DNA from: Calditrichia bacterium | GTDB taxonomy: Bacteria > Calditrichota > Calditrichia > JAJRVZ01 | Length of the DNA stretch: 64,000 nucleotides | Assembly (NCBI GenBank): GCA_963796965.1 | Contig: CAWCNS010000016.1 | Location: 96,001 to 160,000, forward strand | Reading direction: 5' to 3' | In this document: in pieces, positions 11,404 to 22,289 of the stretch | How positions within the stretch are numbered: the first letter of the stretch is position 1 | Layout of the letters: each line of letters opens with the position of its first letter | The notes under the pieces: model-generated | Databases searched by the model: none | What the model saw: only the letters and a program-made list of their open reading frames with translations | Told to the model about the DNA's origin: nothing | Made by a program: the position numbers and the translations under genes

Positions 11404-11478
11404 GATGTTTATCTTTTTGGGATTGAGACTAATCTTGATGGTATAGATTCATTTCGGGATGTGAAGAAGATAAGATGA
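11404..11478 (+). pseudogene. Second orphan T9SS-type C-terminal tail remnant
   Basis: Translates DVYLFGIETNLDGIDSFRDVKKIR*; shares GGATGTGAAGAAGAT with the 4561-4635 remnant. Confidence 0.5.
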
Positions 11479-11482
11479 TGTC

Positions 11483-11560
11483 GGGATTTGAGATACGAGA
11501 TTCCGGATATGGAATTTGGAACTGGGAAATCGGAATTGTGAAGGGTATGGATATGGAGAA
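11483..11560. repeat. Degenerate heptamer array
   Basis: GGGATTT GAGATAC GAGATTC CGGATAT GGAATTT GGAACTG GGAAATC GGAATTG. Confidence 0.7.
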
Positions 11561-11618
11561 TAAAAAACTGAGCAGTGAGATGTAAGACTACGTAAAATAT
11601 GTAAAAGGATATATTGCT

Positions 11619-12554
11619 ATGAAAATTTTTACAGATTTTTTACTTTGTAGCTCTAACATTCTTAGGGATCCAATTAATCAATGGTTGCAGTACAACTACA
11701 GACTCTGATCCGAACGGTGGGAACGGTGATTCTACTGATGTCAATCCACAGATATTATTTGTTAGTAATCGTGCTGGTAACCATGAGATTTATAAAATGA
11801 ATAGCAGATGGATCTAGCCTGTATCGTCTAACGAATACTACGGCCAATGAAGCATTATCCGCATTGGTCTCCCGACAGGAAAAAAATTGCATTTAATAGC
11901 AATCGTGAAGGCAATATGGATATCTATGTCATGAATAACAATGGAACCGAACAAACAAATCTGACTAATAATCCCGGAGAGGATTGGTATCCGTGTTTTT
12001 CCCCTGATGGGGCAAAGATTGCGTACACAACTTCCTCGTCGGGTGGTACCGATGAGGTATTCGTCATGAATACAGATGGATCTGATCCAATAAACCTAAC
12101 AAACCATGCGGCACATGACAGATGTCCCAGTTGGTCCCCCAATGGTGAAAAGATTGCTTTTATGAGTAAACGAGATGGTAATCTTGAAATTTATGTGATG
12201 AATGCAGATGGTTCAAATCAAGTCCGTCTGACAAATCATTCGGGTTGGGATGGATTGCCATGTTGGTCTCCAGACAGTGAAAAGATTGCTTTCAATAGTG
12301 ACCGGTCCGGTAATTCGGAAATATATATTATGAATGCCGATGGATCAAATCTAACCCCTCTGACGAATGATCCGGATCTTGATGCTTTCCCGAGTTGGTC
12401 CCCAGATGGTGAAAAAATAGCTTTTGTGAGTAATCGGACCGGTAATCATGAAATTTATATCATAAATGTTGATGGATCTGGGCTAAAGAACCTGACAATT
12501 AATCCAGCTCTCGAATTAGATCCGCATTGGGGTTTCCCTGAGGCTTCCGAATGA
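11619..12554 (+). CDS. Second TolB-like PD40 lipoprotein, paralogue of 10433-11389; frameshifts in the 5' part
   Basis: MKIF.. / LINGC lipobox / ILFVSNRAGNHEIYKMN; shared C-terminus LELDPHWGF. Confidence 0.85.
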
Positions 12555-12637
12555 TGCGCTTGATTACTTCAAATTGACAATATTTTTGAGGTAGATAAGA
12601 AATTATAGAGGTTGAAGAGGATGATATTGCTGTGCTG

Positions 12638-12817
12638 ATGCGGGATACGAGATACGAGATGCGGGTCAAATCATGGAAGATTTGATCCCGATTTGCCGAG
12701 AGGATCGAGGCGTTGTTTTCGGGAATATGGGATTTGGAACTGGGAATTCGTAAAATTCGATTTAATTCGTGCAATTCATGGAAAAAAATCTTTGCGTCGT
12801 TGCGTCTTTGCGTGAAA
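12638..12817. repeat. Composite repeat cluster: heptamers, 9-mer half element, 8-mer half element
   Basis: ATGCGGG ATACGAG ATACGAG ATGCGGG; GGGATTT GGAACTG GGAATTC; AATTCGTGCAATTCATGG; CTTTGCGTCGTTGCGTCTTTGCGTG. Confidence 0.7.
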
Positions 12818-12818
12818 C

Positions 12819-12855
12819 AAAAAAAGGGTCGATGTTATCGCAACACCGACCCTTT
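12819..12855 (-). terminator. Intrinsic terminator after rpmA
   Basis: rc AAAGGGTCGGTGTTGCGATAACATCGACCCTTTTTTT, hairpin plus U tract. Confidence 0.85.
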
Positions 12856-12876
12856 GTACGCACGTGTGAGAAAAAT

Positions 12877-13140
12877 TTATGCTTGTGCCTGTGGGTAGAC
12901 ACTTACTTTTTTGCGGCAGCTATCTTTTCTTTCAAAAGTGACCACACCATCTACTTTTGCAAACAACGTATCATCACTTCCAAGGCCGACATTATTGCCA
13001 GGATGTATTTTTGTACCCCGTTGGCGAATAATAATAGATCCGGCACTCACCATATTGTCCGCCAAAATTTTTACACCCAAACGTTTTGAATGACTTTCCC
13101 GTCCATTTCGCGAACTTCCAACACCTTTTTTATGTGCCAT
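12877..13140 (-). CDS. rpmA: 50S ribosomal protein L27
   Basis: [28 protein letters not shown]. Confidence 0.98.
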   Translation of the reverse strand: MAHKKGVGSSRNGRESHSKRLGVKILADNMVSAGSIIIRQRGTKIHPGNNVGLGSDDTLFAKVDGVVTFERKDSCRKKVSVYPQAQA

Positions 13141-13738
13141 CTATTTCTCCTTCTTCTCTTTCGCCGCAGGCTTCTTGGCTGCTTTAGCCTATTTTGTAGC
13201 GGCTTTCTTCGGTGCAGCCGCTTTTTTGCCGCTGGTTTTGCAGTTTTTGCGGCAGCTGTCTTTATCTTGGCTGCGGCTTTTACAGTTTGTTCTTTAGGGA
13301 TCGTTGCTCGGTCTTTTAGCTGCAGGTTTTTCAGCTGGCAGGTTTGGCTGTCTTTGCGACGGCTTCTTCTTTCTTTTCTACCACTGCTTTCGCCTTTGGT
13401 GCAGGTGTCTCTTTCTTGACTGTACCGGCGCCAATGGTATTAATTTCAATAATCGAAAAACCCTGACGATGACCTTGAATCTTCTCATAGCCTTTACGTC
13501 GTTTCTTCTTAAAAATAATTACTTTTTTATCACGTCCATGCTCTACAACGGTTGCGTTTACCAGCATATTTTTGATTAGTGGGCTACCAACAGTCGTTTT
13601 GCCTTTATCATCCTCAAGAAGCAGAATTCGATCAAATCCAACTTTTTTCCCTGGTTCAGAGTCCAGACGCGGGACCTTTAATTTCAGATCTTTACTTACC
13701 CGGTATTGTTTGCCGGATATCTCAACAATGGCATACAT
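13141..13738 (-). CDS. rplU: 50S ribosomal protein L21 with Ala/Lys/Pro-rich C-terminal extension (frameshifted in the tail)
   Basis: MYAIVEISGKQYRV..FKKKRRKGY..GHRQ; low-complexity KPAAKK tail continues to TAG at 13141-13143. Confidence 0.95.
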
Positions 13739-13805
13739 TAAAAAATTCTCCTCGAATTATCATAAAGCCCCTTAATTTAAGGGCATTAAACCAATGAGTC
13801 AAGAA

Positions 13806-15339
13806 TCAATTTAAGGATATTTGCGATTTATTAAATTTATCATATACTTTGAACTCTCTGGTACCTAATGTACTGTCTTTTACAAATTTAATCTTAACCC
13901 AATATTTCCACATTAATTGTAAACGGCGCGAGAATTTGCCATTCATTACATAATTATAAATTTCTGGTGTCACGCGAACTGTTATTCGTCTGTCACCGCT
14001 ATTTGCCCGATACTTTTGTATCCACCGTTCCAGTTGAGAAATCTCGGTACTTGCAGTTGGAATAAGTCCCAATCCCTGACAATGCGGACAGTCTTCATGC
14101 AATGAATGGATAACACTGGGTCTCACCCGCTGTCGGGTCATCTCAATTAAACCAAAACGACTCATCTCTTCAATTTTGGTTATTGAACGGTCTTTCTGAA
14201 ACTCCTTTTTGAGTTCCTTGTAAACTTTCAATTTATTTTCTTCAGCAAGCATATCGATAAAATCAATTACGATTAATCCACCAATGTCTCTGAGACGGGC
14301 CTGTCTGGCAATTTCTCGGGCGGCAGCGAGATTGATTTTGAGAGAATTGCTATCGTGATCTCTCTTACCAATAAACTTGCCACTATTTACATCAATGGAA
14401 ACCATGGCTTCTGTTTGTTGAATCACAATATGGGCATCCACCTTTTATCCATACCTTCTGCTCAAGGCTACGGTTGATTTCTTCCTCAATTTCAAACTTT
14501 TCAAATATGGGAAGTTTCCCTCGATAATATTCAATTTTATGTTTGAGTTGGGGAGCGACTTCTTTGACATAGGTTGTGATTTCACGCATCAATTTTCTAG
14601 AATCTACCACAACTTGCGTCACATCCGTGGTAAAGAGATCTCTAATAATTGAAGACATCATCCCCATATCTTTATATACGAGATTTGGGGCCTCAACTTT
14701 TTGTATCTGTTTGTTAATCTTATCCCAGATTTTTAAAAGACTTTTAATATCGTGGCTTATAATCTTTTCAGATTTGCCCTCTGCCTGGGTTCGGACGATT
14801 AGCCCGAAATTTGTGGGAAGAATTTGTCTGGCCAGACTTTTTAATCGCTTCTTTTCTTTATAATTACTGATTTTTCTTGAGACGCCAATATAGCTTTCAT
14901 TTGGGATCAAAACACAAAATCGTCCGGGAACAGAAATTTGTGAAGTAACGCGGGAACCCTTGTTGGCTATTGGTTCTTTCATGATCTGAACGACTATATC
15001 CTGATCTTTTTTCAAATCACGGGCGGCTTTAAACAGATCATTTTTTTCACTTTTGCCATTTTCCGCTGTTTTTTCAGGATCCTCATCAGGATCAATCAAA
15101 AATTGTCCTGTTGCACCGGAGACATCAGAAAAATGCAGAAAAGCATTCTGTTCTAATCCGATCGAGATAAAGGCTGCCTGCATACCGGGCAGCACCCGGC
15201 TTACTTTTCCCTTATAAATATCTCCAACCATCCGTTGTGCTTCGGGGCGTTCGACAAATAATTCCATCAGGCGGCCATCTTCTGTAATAGCAATCCGCGT
15301 TTCTTCATTTGTCGCATTAATAATAATTTCTTTTTTCAT
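13806..15339 (-). CDS. rng: Ribonuclease G/E family, frameshift ~14440
   Basis: GDIYKGKV..PGMQAAF S1 domain; IDVNSG, LRDIGGLIVIDFIDM, FGLIEMTRQR, CPHC. Confidence 0.92.
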
Positions 15340-15389
15340 ATGTCTAAACCTCTTTCTATCATGATAAAAATACTAAAGAAGAGGTAAAC

Positions 15390-18008
15390 TTAGCGGACTT
15401 CCATCGGCGAGATGGTATTTCCATTTTGTTTGATTAGCTGGCGTGTTCTATGAATGGGGAAAAATGAATCCATGTATGTCTGAGGGTTACATAGATGGGT
15501 AACAATTTCATCCACTCTTACCGTCCGTCCATCGACGGCCGTAGTATGTACTGTGAGAACTTTTTTATCTCGTTGGATCGATTCAATATAGGGTCTGATA
15601 TTTATTGTTTTTTCTTTGCCCTTTACCCGGCGCACAATTGAGATTTCAGTCTCTTTAAGTGCCGTATTGATCTCTTTCTGAGTTATTTCAAATTCTCCTA
15701 AATCAATTTGATATTCGGCCGCATTGATGCTAGCCATTAAAGATGGTATGGAATTATTGATAGTGATGATTTCAGTAACCAAAATCCCTTCAGGAAGAAA
15801 ATTATTTAATTTTTCTTTGATCTCCGATGCAGAAGTTTCATAGACCTGAATGTCTACGAACTCTGCTTCACTACTATATCCTAATCGGAGTGGGGGGCCG
15901 AATGCAAATTTGGGGCGGGGATTAAAGCCCTGGCTATGTGCAATTTTGATTTCTGCTCTTCGACAGGCCCGTTCAAAAGCGCGGACAATGTCAAAATGTC
16001 CTAAATATTTGCTATATCCCTGCTTTGAAAACCGAATGCGATAATAAGTAATATCTTCTTTTAATTTTTCATTTACCAGTAGTTGTTCAGGGGAACTCAG
16101 TTTTTCACCCCGTATCTCTTCACTGGGTTTGGCTGCCTTATTTTCCGCATCTTCATTAAGATAACAGCTGGTTAATTCCGCAAATCCATTCTTTCTCTGT
16201 ATGCCGCAACCATAACAGGATGCATCTTTACAGTCGATAATACTTAAACCCTCATAGGCATTTTTTCGTTCTTTGCGTAAATAACTTTTTGTAATTCCTT
16301 TGTCGATATGATCCCAGGGCAGAGGCCTATTATCTGGCAATTCATTCAGATAACGGTCCATGCTCACACTGGATTTTTCAAAGGCATTTTGCCATATTTC
16401 AAAACGAAAAAAATCATTCCATCCATCAAACCGGGCACCGTCTTGCCATGCACGTTCAATGACAGTCGCCAAACGGCGATCGCCTCTGCCAACGATGCAT
16501 TCTATTTGAGATACACCCGGATCTCGCCAACTTAACTTTACCTGTTTATATTTGGCTAATCTTTGCCTTATCAGGTAAATTTTTTCGTTAAACTCTTCTT
16601 TAGTGTCTTGTTTTTCCCATTGAAAAGGGGTATGTGATTTTGGTGAATGGGGCGACACCGATACATTCAGTTGAACTCTCCCATATTTTCTACTTTCTTT
16701 AATAACCCTTTCAATGAGGTCAGCTATTGCTTCAATATCCTCCTTTGTTTCTGTCGGTAGACCGACCATAAAATAAAATTTTAAAGTTTTCCAACCATTT
16801 GTCAGAGCAATCTCGGTCGCCTTCATCAAGTCATCTTCACTTATATTTTTGTTGATGACCCTGCGCAGGCGTTCGCTCCCTGCTTCGGGAGCAAAGGTAA
16901 AACCCGATTTCCTGACCGTTTTGGCAAATTCTGCAATTTCTTCGTTAAAACTATCCAGGCGCATTGAAGGAAATGAAAAATTTATTTTTTGACCCTCAAA
17001 CGCTTCACGCTCTTTTTTCATTAATGAGTTTAGTGAGGAATAGTCGGATATAGAGAGAGATAAGAAAGAAACTTCCTCATATCCTGTTCGTTTCAATGCT
17101 TCTTTGGTATATTGTACGATTTCATCTTCATTTCGTTCACGGGTTGGACGATAAATCATACCAGCATTACAATAACGGCATCCTTCTGTACATCCGCGCA
17201 TGACTTCTATAGAGAGACGGTCATGGGTTACTTCAATCAGGGGTACCAGTGGTTGCAGGGGGTAATCGTCGTTATTTAATGTCGGGGCTATTTGAGTCTT
17301 AATTGTCTTGGGCGCTTCACCATTTAAAAGGGTAAGGCCATTAAAATAGCCATCTTGATCATAGGATGCCTGATAAAGTGAGGGGATGTAAACACCTCGT
17401 ATCGAAGCCAGCTGTTCTAACGTTTTCTTCCGGTTCGATCCATTTTTTTTTGAATCCATCACTACCTGACATAAATCATCTAATCCTGCCTCTGAATCAC
17501 CAATATAAAAAGCGTCAAAAAATGAACCCAAAGGTTCCGGATTACAAGAGCAAGGTCCACCACCAATAATTATCGGATCTTTTTCTGATCTGTCTGAGGC
17601 ATGCAAAGGAATCTGCGCCAGGTCCAGCATATTCAGAATATTAGTGTAGGTAAGCTCATACTGGAGCGTAAATCCGATTATATCAAATTGTTGTAATGGG
17701 GTTAGCGATTCAAGTGAGAAAAGCGGAATCTCGTGTTTACGTAATAGTTCCTCAGCATCGGTCCAGGGAGCAAAAACCCGTTCGGCCCAAATATTTTTAT
17801 TTCGATTAAGCTGGTGATAGAGAATGTTTGTCGCCTGGGAGGACATAGCAATCTCGTAAACCTCAGGAAAGGCAATAGCGAAACGAAGATCAACTTCGGT
17901 CGTTTCTTTTAGGATTACATTTTGCTCTATGCCCAGATATCTGGCAGGTTTTTCAACAAAGGGTAGTAATCTATGCTCTAAAATCGTTCTAATTTTATCG
18001 TTTATCAA
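15390..18008 (-). CDS. B12-binding radical SAM protein (TIGR03960-type) fused to a TIGR03936/DUF2344-type domain
   Basis: VEKPARY, RGCTEGCRYC, FTFAPEAGSERLR; C-terminal HFDIVRAFERA..SQGFNPRPK; upstream of rng as usual. Confidence 0.9.
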   Translation of the reverse strand: MINDKIRTILEHRLLPFVEKPARYLGIEQNVILKETTEVDLRFAIAFPEVYEIAMSSQATNILYHQLNRNKNIWAERVFAPWTDAEELLRKHEIPLFSLESLTPLQQFDIIGFTLQYELTYTNILNMLDLAQIPLHASDRSEKDPIIIGGGPCSCNPEPLGSFFDAFYIGDSEAGLDDLCQVVMDSKKNGSNRKKTLEQLASIRGVYIPSLYQASYDQDGYFNGLTLLNGEAPKTIKTQIAPTLNNDDYPLQPLVPLIEVTHDRLSIEVMRGCTEGCRYCNAGMIYRPTRERNEDEIVQYTKEALKRTGYEEVSFLSLSISDYSSLNSLMKKEREAFEGQKINFSFPSMRLDSFNEEIAEFAKTVRKSGFTFAPEAGSERLRRVINKNISEDDLMKATEIALTNGWKTLKFYFMVGLPTETKEDIEAIADLIERVIKESRKYGRVQLNVSVSPHSPKSHTPFQWEKQDTKEEFNEKIYLIRQRLAKYKQVKLSWRDPGVSQIECIVGRGDRRLATVIERAWQDGARFDGWNDFFRFEIWQNAFEKSSVSMDRYLNELPDNRPLPWDHIDKGITKSYLRKERKNAYEGLSIIDCKDASCYGCGIQRKNGFAELTSCYLNEDAENKAAKPSEEIRGEKLSSPEQLLVNEKLKEDITYYRIRFSKQGYSKYLGHFDIVRAFERACRRAEIKIAHSQGFNPRPKFAFGPPLRLGYSSEAEFVDIQVYETSASEIKEKLNNFLPEGILVTEIITINNSIPSLMASINAAEYQIDLGEFEITQKEINTALKETEISIVRRVKGKEKTINIRPYIESIQRDKKVLTVHTTAVDGRTVRVDEIVTHLCNPQTYMDSFFPIHRTRQLIKQNGNTISPMEVR

Positions 18009-18107
18009 CTCAGTTCCAAATAGTCAAAAATAAATCAAAGTTAAATTTAATCAAAAGCTTAGCCCGGTGCAAACGAACCTCGATTCTGGGTAAATGGATA
18101 ATCGATA

Positions 18108-18212
18108 GGTGATTCGTGATACATGATCCGGGATGCAGGATTTAAAGATTCATATATATTTGACAAGAACAGGCTACCAGCGATACTTCCCTTTTCCCTT
18201 TTCCCTTTTCCT
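18108..18212. repeat. Two short heptamer arrays in a divergent intergenic region
   Basis: GATTCGT GATACAT GATCCGG GATGCAG GATTTAA; (TTCCCTT)x3. Confidence 0.6.
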
Positions 18213-18287
18213 ATATCGATTAAGCTTGTTCATAGCCCAGATTTGTTTTATATTACGATTCGGTGTGATTAATCTTCTAAAAATCCT

Positions 18288-19352
18288 ATGAAAATTCTAT
18301 CAATGCAAATAAACAGCCCCGATGCGGAATATTGTACGCAAATGCTAACGCAGGTTTCCCGTACATTCGCACCGACCATACGTATGCTGCCAAAGAGGCT
18401 ATACCTGCCCGTTACGGTAGCTTATTTGCTTTGCCGGATAGCGGACACAGTTGAAGATGAAGCAAGTATAGCGGCAGAAGAAAAAGAAAGACTTCTTCTT
18501 ATCTATGCAGATCTTTTTAAACTGAACAATCCCGATCATAAAGAGATCTTTTTAACCGGGGTTGTCAATATTCCTGACCATAATGCCGATGTTGCTTTAA
18601 CCAAAAATCTTGAACGTGTCCTGAATGTATATAATACCTTTCATCCTGAAGTTCAGAAAATGATTGCCACCTGGGTAGTTGAAATGACCCTGGGTATGAA
18701 AAAATATGCGCAATCTTCAGCTAAAAGAAAAAAACAGTTTCTCCGCTCAATGAAAGAGCTGGATGAATATATGTACTATGTTGCGGGAACGGTTGGACAC
18801 CTGTTAACCTCGCTATTCACCTATTTCTCAAATAAAATCACACCGGGCATTTCTAAAAAATTGGAGATTTTTTCAGAATCATTTGGAAAAGGTCTTCAGA
18901 TGGTAAATATCATACGCGATATGGCTGGCGATCTCAAGCGCGGGCAATCTTATATTCCGGATGAGATTTTACATAAATATGCCCTGACACGACAATCAAT
19001 ATTTGAATCAAGTAATCGTGATAATGCTGAGTTGTTATTCGATGAGCTGATTGGGACAGCCGTTGATCATCTTGATCAGGCTTTGGCCTATGTTGTAAAC
19101 ATCCCAAAAGAGGAAGCACGTATCCGTATTTTTTGTTTGCTTCCACTATTCTGGGCGATGCAAACATTAAGTGCTATTCACGAAAACACGCTAAATTTAT
19201 TAAAGGCAGAAAAAATAAAAGTATCACGAAAAGTTATCAGGGTTGAATTTTATAAAACTTTAATTCTGACTTTCTCAAACCGTCTTACCGTAAGACATTA
19301 TAATAAAATTAGAAAAAATCTCGCCTTACAACCCCTCACAGCTATTCATTAA
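18288..19352 (+). CDS. Squalene/phytoene synthase family protein
   Basis: CRIADTVEDE, YYVAGTVG, GLQMVNIIRD..D, FCLLP. Confidence 0.88.
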   Translation: MKILSMQINSPDAEYCTQMLTQVSRTFAPTIRMLPKRLYLPVTVAYLLCRIADTVEDEASIAAEEKERLLLIYADLFKLNNPDHKEIFLTGVVNIPDHNADVALTKNLERVLNVYNTFHPEVQKMIATWVVEMTLGMKKYAQSSAKRKKQFLRSMKELDEYMYYVAGTVGHLLTSLFTYFSNKITPGISKKLEIFSESFGKGLQMVNIIRDMAGDLKRGQSYIPDEILHKYALTRQSIFESSNRDNAELLFDELIGTAVDHLDQALAYVVNIPKEEARIRIFCLLPLFWAMQTLSAIHENTLNLLKAEKIKVSRKVIRVEFYKTLILTFSNRLTVRHYNKIRKNLALQPLTAIH

Positions 19353-19384
19353 TCCCAGCTTTACTCATATAGAGCATGTAATGG

Positions 19385-19957
19385 AACGCGGATTACGCGG
19401 ATGACGCTGATCCCAGCGGATTTTTATTTATAATTATTTTTCCAATTGCTTTATGATCATTCGCAAACACTTTCCTTTTAAATTCGGCTTTCTTTCCAAA
19501 ATTTAACAATAATCCAACCTCAATATTTGTTGATTTTAGATAATTTATTAATTGTGCCTCATGTGCTTTACATATGCTCTCAGCAGACTTTTAATTCAAC
19601 TATTACTTTATTTTCAATAATTAAATCAGCATAATAATCACCGATTACTTTTCCTTTATAAAAGATTTGTATATTCCTCTGCTTTTGAACCTTGCAGCCT
19701 TGAGTTTTTAGTTCTAGTTCCATTCCATTCTCATAGACTTTTTCGAGAAAGCCATATCCAAGTGTATTATATACAGTATAGAAGGCATTAATAATCTTTA
19801 CAGTAACATCACTATGAATCATGCTATTCTCCTTTTTTTTAATGTTCAAATAAGCAAATATTATGCCGAACAAATTTCCAGAGAATTAGTTTATGAGATT
19901 ATCCAAATCAATATAAATACATCCGCGGGAATCAGCATCATCTGCGTAATCCGCGTT
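19385..19957. mobile_element. Putative GxxExxY element bounded by 37-bp terminal inverted repeats
   Basis: Left 19385-19421 AACGCGGATTACGCGGATGACGCTGATCCCAGCGGAT; right 19921-19957 rc AACGCGGATTACGCAGATGATGCTGATTCCCGCGGAT; 33/37 identical. Confidence 0.7.
19393..19822 (-). CDS. GxxExxY protein (PD-(D/E)XK-like), frameshift ~19587
   Basis: LGYGFLEKVYEN, YADLIIENKVIVELK / SAESICKAHEAQLINYLKST..GLLLNFG; AAGGAG RBS; stop codon lies inside the left repeat. Confidence 0.92.
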
Positions 19958-20285
19958 GGATTTTGTACTTTTTCCAAATTCAGGTTTTTAGTTTTAACTT
20001 ATGTTTGGATTTGTAAATGTCGTAGAGGATGCTAATGGCTTGATGATTGGTGTGGTAAATTTCGCTAAGCGTATGTATGGAATCCAAATAGGTATATTTA
20101 ATTTAATCGGTGAAGGTGGCGTTGCACCGGTTCTGCCGATCGTCAATTGGTCGTTTTAGCTAAGTTCCTGGGAAGGCCAGGGTTCTTGGCACATGCTGCT
20201 CGAGTTTGAGGTTGGGTGGAAAAACTTGAGATCAAAGAATTTCAATTTTAACTTGACAATAAACCGATATGGACAAAACTTTTAA

Positions 20286-20339
20286 TCACGCATCCCGTAT
20301 CACGCATCACGCATCACGCATCACGCATCACGCATCACA
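20286..20339. repeat. (TCACGCA)n heptamer tandem array overlapping the CDGSH gene stop
   Basis: TCACGCA TCCCGTA then five TCACGCA units. Confidence 0.9.
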
Positions 20340-20579
20340 GTCGTACAGCGTCTCGTGTGTCCCATCACAAAAAGGTTTATTCCCTGAATGTTTACACCCA
20401 CACCAGGCCACTTCCTTCTCCTCTTTGATCTCCACAATTATAGGTTTTAGATCGGTTTTTATATGTGTACCATCGCAATAGGGTTGTTTTGCAGACCTTC
20501 CGCAGGCACACCAGGCATATTTTTTTGGTTTTACTTTTTCTACATACGGGGATTTTTGGGCGATAATTGGTTTTGACAT
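20328..20579 (-). CDS. CDGSH iron-sulfur domain protein (two motifs)
   Basis: WCACGRSAKQPYCDGTH and WCGCKHSGNKPFCDGTH. Confidence 0.92.
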   Translation of the reverse strand: MSKPIIAQKSPYVEKVKPKKYAWCACGRSAKQPYCDGTHIKTDLKPIIVEIKEEKEVAWCGCKHSGNKPFCDGTHETLYDCDA

Positions 20580-20631
20580 GAGATCTCCCTTTAAATTAGT
20601 TAAATATTTTGTTAAGGAATATTACTTACTA

Positions 20632-20668
20632 AATATTCAATATTCAACACGGAACAGTCAATATTCAA
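20632..20668. repeat. AATATTC-family heptamer repeat
   Basis: AATATTCAATATTCAACACGGAA, identical to 37254-37276. Confidence 0.75.
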
Positions 20669-20875
20669 GTACTTTTATTGTAAATTGAGAATAATCAAAA
20701 TCTAATAAATACGATAATTATGTGTAAATATCTAGTATCAAAATTGTATGTACTTAAAATCCGGCATACGAGAATGCTTGCGATATCCTGTAATAATTTT
20801 TACCTTAAATAGGGCGTTTGGTTTTAGATATAAATCATCTCCCGGTTTTACTATTCTGGAGGAATTCTACATTAG

Positions 20876-22289
20876 GTGATACATACAATACCAAATGAAA
20901 GTTTAGATCACTATCTAGACACACTTCTCGGAGATGATAAAGATTCATTTCTTTCAGCTCCGGCTGAGCCAATGGCGGTACGTCTGAATTCCTTAAAATC
21001 CTCTGTCGAATACTTGCCGGGGTTTTTAAAAAAAAATGAGCAGTCATTTGAGAAATTAGCATTTACAGAATCCGGATATGCTCTAAATTCCGAAAAACCA
21101 CCATTAAGTCATACAATAGCGTTTTTTGAAGGAAATTTTCAGTATCAGGGTATCTCTTCCCAAATCCCTTCGATTGTTTTAAATCCCCAGCCTGGTGAAA
21201 AGGTATTGGATATGACCGCAGCACCCGGTTCAAAATCCACACAAATAGCAGCCATGATGCAGCAGAAGGGGATTCTGGTTTTGAATGACTGTTCCAGGCG
21301 TCGTCTCCAGGGTCTGCAGACAAATATGCAACGCTGCGGTGCTCTAAATTTTTATATACTGAAAGAAAGAGGGGAGAAATTAAGCCGCATTTACCCAGAA
21401 TACTTTGATAAAATTCTGATCGATGCCCCTTGTTCCGCCCTGGGAACGCTTTCCACCAATAGACAGGTTCGCCATTGGTGGTCAGAAACAAAATTAGAAA
21501 AACTCACCGAACTTCAATATCGATTATTGGTATCTGCCTTCAAATCTTTAAAAATAGGCGGTGAGATGGTTTATTCTACCTGTTCGGTGGCTCCGGAAGA
21601 AAATGAAAAGGTGATTGAAAAATTACTATGGAAATTTCCACTCCAGATTGTCACTATTCCGGAAAATATCCGCCAGGGTTATGATAAGGGATGGACCGAG
21701 TATGAAGGTGCGGCGTTACCAGAGGACCTTGCAAAAGCCGTTCGGGTTTGGCCCCATAAGCATAATCAGGAAGGATTTTTTGTCATTAAACTTATTAAAA
21801 CTGCTGGCTGGAAGAAGGATTCTGAGGCCGCAAAAATAAGCTGGAAGGAGACCCAAAGTCATACTAATGAAACGATTGTTACTATACTGGAAGCGATGAG
21901 TGAACAATGGGGAATAAATAAAGAAACATGGTGTAAATACAGGTATCTGTTAACCAAAGATCGTATTTGGATGACCAGTCAGGAGATCGAACGGGTTCCC
22001 GATGATAATTTTATTTCTGCTGGTATCCTCTTGGGGGAAAGACGAATTTCAGGCTGGAAATTAACAAACAGCAGTGCTCAAATTCTCTCAGAGACTTATA
22101 TCAAAAAGAAAAATTATCTTATCCATTTCTCAGATAAAAAGTTTATTTAAAGAAGGACGAACGGGCTATCCAGGATTAGAGAATGGATATTATGTGTTAG
22201 AATATGATAAAAGAATTATCGCATCGCTATTTTGCGAGAAGGGGAATCTGAGAATCCGCTTGCCCCATTCCTTTAATCTTGTGATGTGA
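20876..22289 (+). CDS. RsmB/NOP2 (RsmF-like) RNA m5C methyltransferase, frameshift near 22120-22140
   Basis: VLDMTAAPGSKS, ILIDAPCS, VYSTCS..EENE, VWPH..EGFF. Confidence 0.88.

Noticed and set aside
14430..14450. Programmed frameshifting in rng, ptsI and other split genes
   Set aside because: No consistent slippery motif; these families are normally continuous, so assembly error is simpler
20030..20240. GC-richer non-coding patch next to the GxxExxY element
   Set aside because: No convincing ORF, attC site or RNA motif
20269..20481. ORF with HHASRIT repeats (also 2882-3121, 27413-27721, 28382-28564 and the 22414 start extension)
   Set aside because: These are translations of DNA tandem repeats, not credible proteins
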